Below, in pieces: positions 60,941 through 64,000 of a stretch of DNA of 64,000 bases. Numbering within the stretch: position 1 is the stretch's first letter; each line of letters begins with the position of its first letter. Source of the stretch: Candidatus Latescibacterota bacterium (GTDB lineage: Bacteria > Latescibacterota > UBA2968 > GCA-2709665); the NCBI GenBank assembly GCA_965226795.1, contig CBDDDZ010000005.1:608001-672000 (forward strand), in the 5' to 3' direction. The notes under the pieces were generated by a model. That model searched no databases and was not told the DNA's origin. It was given only the letters and a program-made list of their open reading frames with translations. The position numbers and the translations under genes were made by a program.

Positions 60941-63469
60941 TTACGCAGCAAACTGGTTCAAAGGTACGTAGTCTTTCACGTATTCAGGGACGAGTTCACG
61001 GTATTTCTCGGGCACGGCGCGCAGGTCCTGCATTGAGAGCACCGGGTTTGTGGCCAGGCCGGTGTAGTCCCGATTTTCGATGATGTGGCGGATTTGGTCG
61101 CTGGTCACGTACGCCTTGAAGTAGTTCTTGATCGCGGGGATGGCCTCGACCTCTTCCGGTGTGTAGTCGGCCACGAACTTCGCGAATTCCTCCTCCAGCA
61201 TTTCGTCTCTGGATTTGAATCGCGGTATCAGCCCGAATACCTTTTCCAGAATCTCGCGCAAGGTGATGCGGCGGTCCACGGCCGCTGCCCGGCGGAGCTT
61301 TTCCAGGGTATAGTACTCTTCGGGCCGGTCGAAAACCTCATGGTTGACGTAGTCGATGACCCGGTCCCACTGACCGGCCTCGACGGCCGCGGCGATGACT
61401 TCGTCCTTACGCACGGTATCCTCGAATTTCTCGAAGAACATGCGGTCGATCTTCATCCCTTCCGAACCGACGGCCTCGACCTTGATCGTGGACAGGATGT
61501 CCCTGCCCAGGTACTCGTAAGAGCCCGCGTCGGATCCGGGCGATTCCGAGCCCTCTCTTTCGTGGGCATCCCTGTAGACAGGGAGTTCCAACACTTCGTC
61601 GTAGTTGAACTCGGTTTCGAAGTATTCGCAATTGGCGAAGAAATCGAACAGTTTGAACGCCGTCTTATCGGGCTGGTCCACGTCCTCCGCCAGGTTCGGA
61701 TCGTGCAACTGGTCGAGGAAGCTGTGTTTTCGCGTACCGCGTCCCTTGATCTGGATGAAGTCGGTAGGGGAGAAGATGGGGCGGAACAGCACCAGATTCA
61801 GGATATCCGTGCAATCGTACCCGGTTGTCATCATGCCGACCGTCACGCAAACCCGCGCTTTACTCGTCCGATAGGAGGGGAGGAAGTTGCTCCAGCCGAG
61901 CAGGTTATTGTTTGAATAATTGATGGTTAACCGTTGGGCATCCGAAATCTGCGACGTGACCTGCACGGCAAAGTCCGACTGATAACGGCCGGGAAACATG
62001 ACGTCGGCCATCAAGTTGAGGATCTGCGCCAGCCTTGACGCGTGGTTCTGGCTGACGGCAAAGACGATGGACTTGCCGACTTCGCCGCTCACGGGATCCC
62101 GCAGCGCGTTCTCCAGGAAAGTCTTGCAGAAAATCTGGTTGGTCGCGTCGGAAAAGAAGCGCTTTTCGAACTCGCGCTGTTTGTAGGCTTCTTCCTGTTC
62201 TTCTCCCTCATCGTCCGTAAAAGATACGACGAATCCCTGCTCCGAGAGCAACTCGGTCGTCACCTTTGTGCGTGCATCCACGACCGTCGGGTTGATCAGA
62301 TAGCCGTCCTTCACGCCGTCGAGCAGGGAGTACTTGAATGTGGGCTGCCCGCTCTCGCACCCGAAGGTGCGGTAGGTGTCCAGGAGCAACCGGCGTTCGG
62401 CTTCGCGCGGGTCCCGCGTGGCAGGACGCGTTTCGTTGAATCCCTTGAGATAGTCGCGGGGGGTTGCAGTCAGGCCCAGCTTGTACCCCACGAAATAGTC
62501 GAATACGGACCTGGCATTGCCGCCTATCGATCGGTGCGCTTCGTCTGAAATGACGAGGTCGAAGTCGGTGGGGGAGAAGAGGGACTGATACTTGTTGTTG
62601 AAAAGCAGCGACTGGACCGTGGTGACGACGATTTCCGCCGAGCGCCAGTCGTCGCGCCGCTCTTTGTACACCACCGTCTGGAAGTCCGCCGAAAGCAGGG
62701 CGGAGAAGACCTTGCGAGCCTGCTCTTCGAGTTCCAGCCGGTCCACGAGGAACAGAACGCGGGAGGCGTTTCCGGAGCGAAGAAATAACTTGATTACGGC
62801 GGCGGCCACCAGGGTCTTTCCCGTACCCGTGGCCATTTCGAACAGAAACCTGTCTCTGCCGTCTCTCACCGCCCGCTGCAGAGCATGAACGGCCCGGAGT
62901 TGGTAGGGGCGGAGTAAACTCAGTTTATTGGATTTGATGAAGCCGGGGCGCTCGGCTTCGTTTTTCCAGGCGGCTTCCGAAGCATAATTCGGCCGCTGGG
63001 TGAGCACAATGTAGTCCTCGCGGACCCGCTCATCGACCAGGCGCTGCGGGTTGGGCTGGACTTTGTTATAGTCGGTTACGGACTCCGGCGTGGGGAAGGA
63101 TGTGACAAGGTATGGATTACCACGGTCGAGGTCCCAGAAGTAGTGCAGATTTCCGTTGGAGAGGATAACGAAACGGCAGTTCTGCGAGCGGGCGTACTTA
63201 CGCGCCTGTTCCTTTCCCACAAGAGGATTCTTGTCCTCGGACTTGGCCTCCAGAACGACGAGCGGGAAGCCCTTCTCGTTCAGGAGGAGAAAGTCGATAC
63301 GACCCGTCGCGTTCTCGAAGTCGTCGCCCAATGCGTCCAGGTCCTCGCGCTTCAGGACGACCTTCTGTTCGACGCGAATGTTGCCGGGCTTGCCACCTTC
63401 GTCAAAGAAGCGCCACCCTGCCGCCTCGAGCATTTTGTTGATCTTTATTCTCGCCGCTGCTTCATTCAT
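60941..63469 (-). CDS. hsdR: Type I restriction enzyme R subunit (nuclease plus DEAH helicase)
   Basis: RIDFLL...LEAK nuclease motif, MATGTGKT, DEAHRS, GLTATP, MMTTGYD, QIKGRGTR. Confidence 0.9.
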   Translation of the reverse strand: MNEAAARIKINKMLEAAGWRFFDEGGKPGNIRVEQKVVLKREDLDALGDDFENATGRIDFLLLNEKGFPLVVLEAKSEDKNPLVGKEQARKYARSQNCRFVILSNGNLHYFWDLDRGNPYLVTSFPTPESVTDYNKVQPNPQRLVDERVREDYIVLTQRPNYASEAAWKNEAERPGFIKSNKLSLLRPYQLRAVHALQRAVRDGRDRFLFEMATGTGKTLVAAAVIKLFLRSGNASRVLFLVDRLELEEQARKVFSALLSADFQTVVYKERRDDWRSAEIVVTTVQSLLFNNKYQSLFSPTDFDLVISDEAHRSIGGNARSVFDYFVGYKLGLTATPRDYLKGFNETRPATRDPREAERRLLLDTYRTFGCESGQPTFKYSLLDGVKDGYLINPTVVDARTKVTTELLSEQGFVVSFTDDEGEEQEEAYKQREFEKRFFSDATNQIFCKTFLENALRDPVSGEVGKSIVFAVSQNHASRLAQILNLMADVMFPGRYQSDFAVQVTSQISDAQRLTINYSNNNLLGWSNFLPSYRTSKARVCVTVGMMTTGYDCTDILNLVLFRPIFSPTDFIQIKGRGTRKHSFLDQLHDPNLAEDVDQPDKTAFKLFDFFANCEYFETEFNYDEVLELPVYRDAHEREGSESPGSDAGSYEYLGRDILSTIKVEAVGSEGMKIDRMFFEKFEDTVRKDEVIAAAVEAGQWDRVIDYVNHEVFDRPEEYYTLEKLRRAAAVDRRITLREILEKVFGLIPRFKSRDEMLEEEFAKFVADYTPEEVEAIPAIKNYFKAYVTSDQIRHIIENRDYTGLATNPVLSMQDLRAVPEKYRELVPEYVKDYVPLNQFAA

Positions 63470-63505
63470 GGATAAGGCTTCTCTGATGTCGTTTAACAAC
63501 ATTTA

Positions 63506-63844
63506 ACATGGATGGACAGGATGAACAGGATAGACTGTGATTACCGTGATTAGACTATGATTACTGTGATTAAGGCAGATGCGCGGGCAGGAAGACGAGC
63601 GAAATCCGATTCACCACGTGACCCACTGTTAAATGCCTGCGATTAGTTCGATTAAAGTGCAGGAATGGACTGGGTGGGTAGGGTGGGATTTCGGTTCGCG
63701 CGATTGTCAGGTTTTGGTCTTCATCCTAATATCCATAGTTTCCCGCTTCTCCGCCGCTTTTGCCTTTAATCACAGCCCATCATTATAATCACACGAATCA
63801 CAGTCGTTTCTTGCCTTTATCCTGTCTATCCTGTTTATCCATGT
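63506..63844. mobile_element. Gene-less MITE/REPIN-like element, copy B
   Basis: Same architecture and arm sequences as 47938-48294. Confidence 0.7.
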
Positions 63845-63872
63845 TCCCCAGTTTGCGCCCTCTATGGTATTT

Positions 63873-64000
63873 CTACCAGCCCCCCACCTGCGTCCGGTCC
63901 ACAATATCCCGTGTCAGGATCTCGAACGCCGCGCCGAGGCCCTCCAGGCGAACCTCTTCCCGCTGGCCGGCTGCGTTGTAGATGCCGTATCCTTTCAGGC
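63873..64000 (-). CDS. 3' end of a gene running off the window, LptE-like C-terminus
   Basis: ...LKGYGIYNAAGQREEVRLEGLGAAFEILTRDIVDRTQVGGW* ending at TAG 63873. Confidence 0.45.
   Translation of the reverse strand, partial: LKGYGIYNAAGQREEVRLEGLGAAFEILTRDIVDRTQVGGW

Noticed and set aside
47363..63844. CAGGAT repeats as a CRISPR array or integron attC sites
   Set aside because: Copies are dispersed, in both orientations and irregularly spaced; no cas or intI gene; no GTTRRRY/RYYYAAC boxes evident.

Overview
A GC-rich bacterial chromosome segment. Its gene content (TonB, DUF4837, BNR/PhyH/enolase-family paralogues, LptE-like C-terminus) suggests an FCB-superphylum organism such as a Latescibacterota relative; this is inference only. 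Positions 1-47 kb hold core and accessory metabolism: lpoB, an HD phosphohydrolase, an HNH nuclease, a BlaI/BlaR1-DUF4837/TonB locus, a TetR-regulated tripartite RND pump, a pfk, gap, pgk-tpiA-secG-tRNA-Leu(GAG) cluster interrupted by two decayed genes, comF, a HAD-YvcK fusion, a SAM hydrolase, radC and cysK. Positions 47.3-63.9 kb are a defence-rich region: a solo SIR2-like gene, DUF2188, a complete IS with 6-bp target duplication, a type III CBASS (CD-NTase, HORMA, TRIP13, 2TM effector) with divergent CapH/CapP-like regulators, and a type I R-M system with fused M-S subunit. An AhpD-like selenoprotein (CxxU plus SECIS-like hairpin), split by the ORF track, also lies here. The most striking unexplained signal is a 26-nt repeat (ACATGGATGNACAGGATRRACAGGAT, about 15 copies, noticed only in 47.3-63.9 kb). 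It opens most intergenic spaces just after a stop codon and closes them inverted just before the next start. It also supplies the start codon of a GxxExxY PD-(D/E)xK nuclease gene, sits in-frame inside the methyltransferase, forms two homologous ~350-bp gene-less nested-hairpin elements, and brackets the 8.6-kb SIR2/CBASS cargo. Several single-base frameshifts in otherwise intact genes suggest assembly indel errors.
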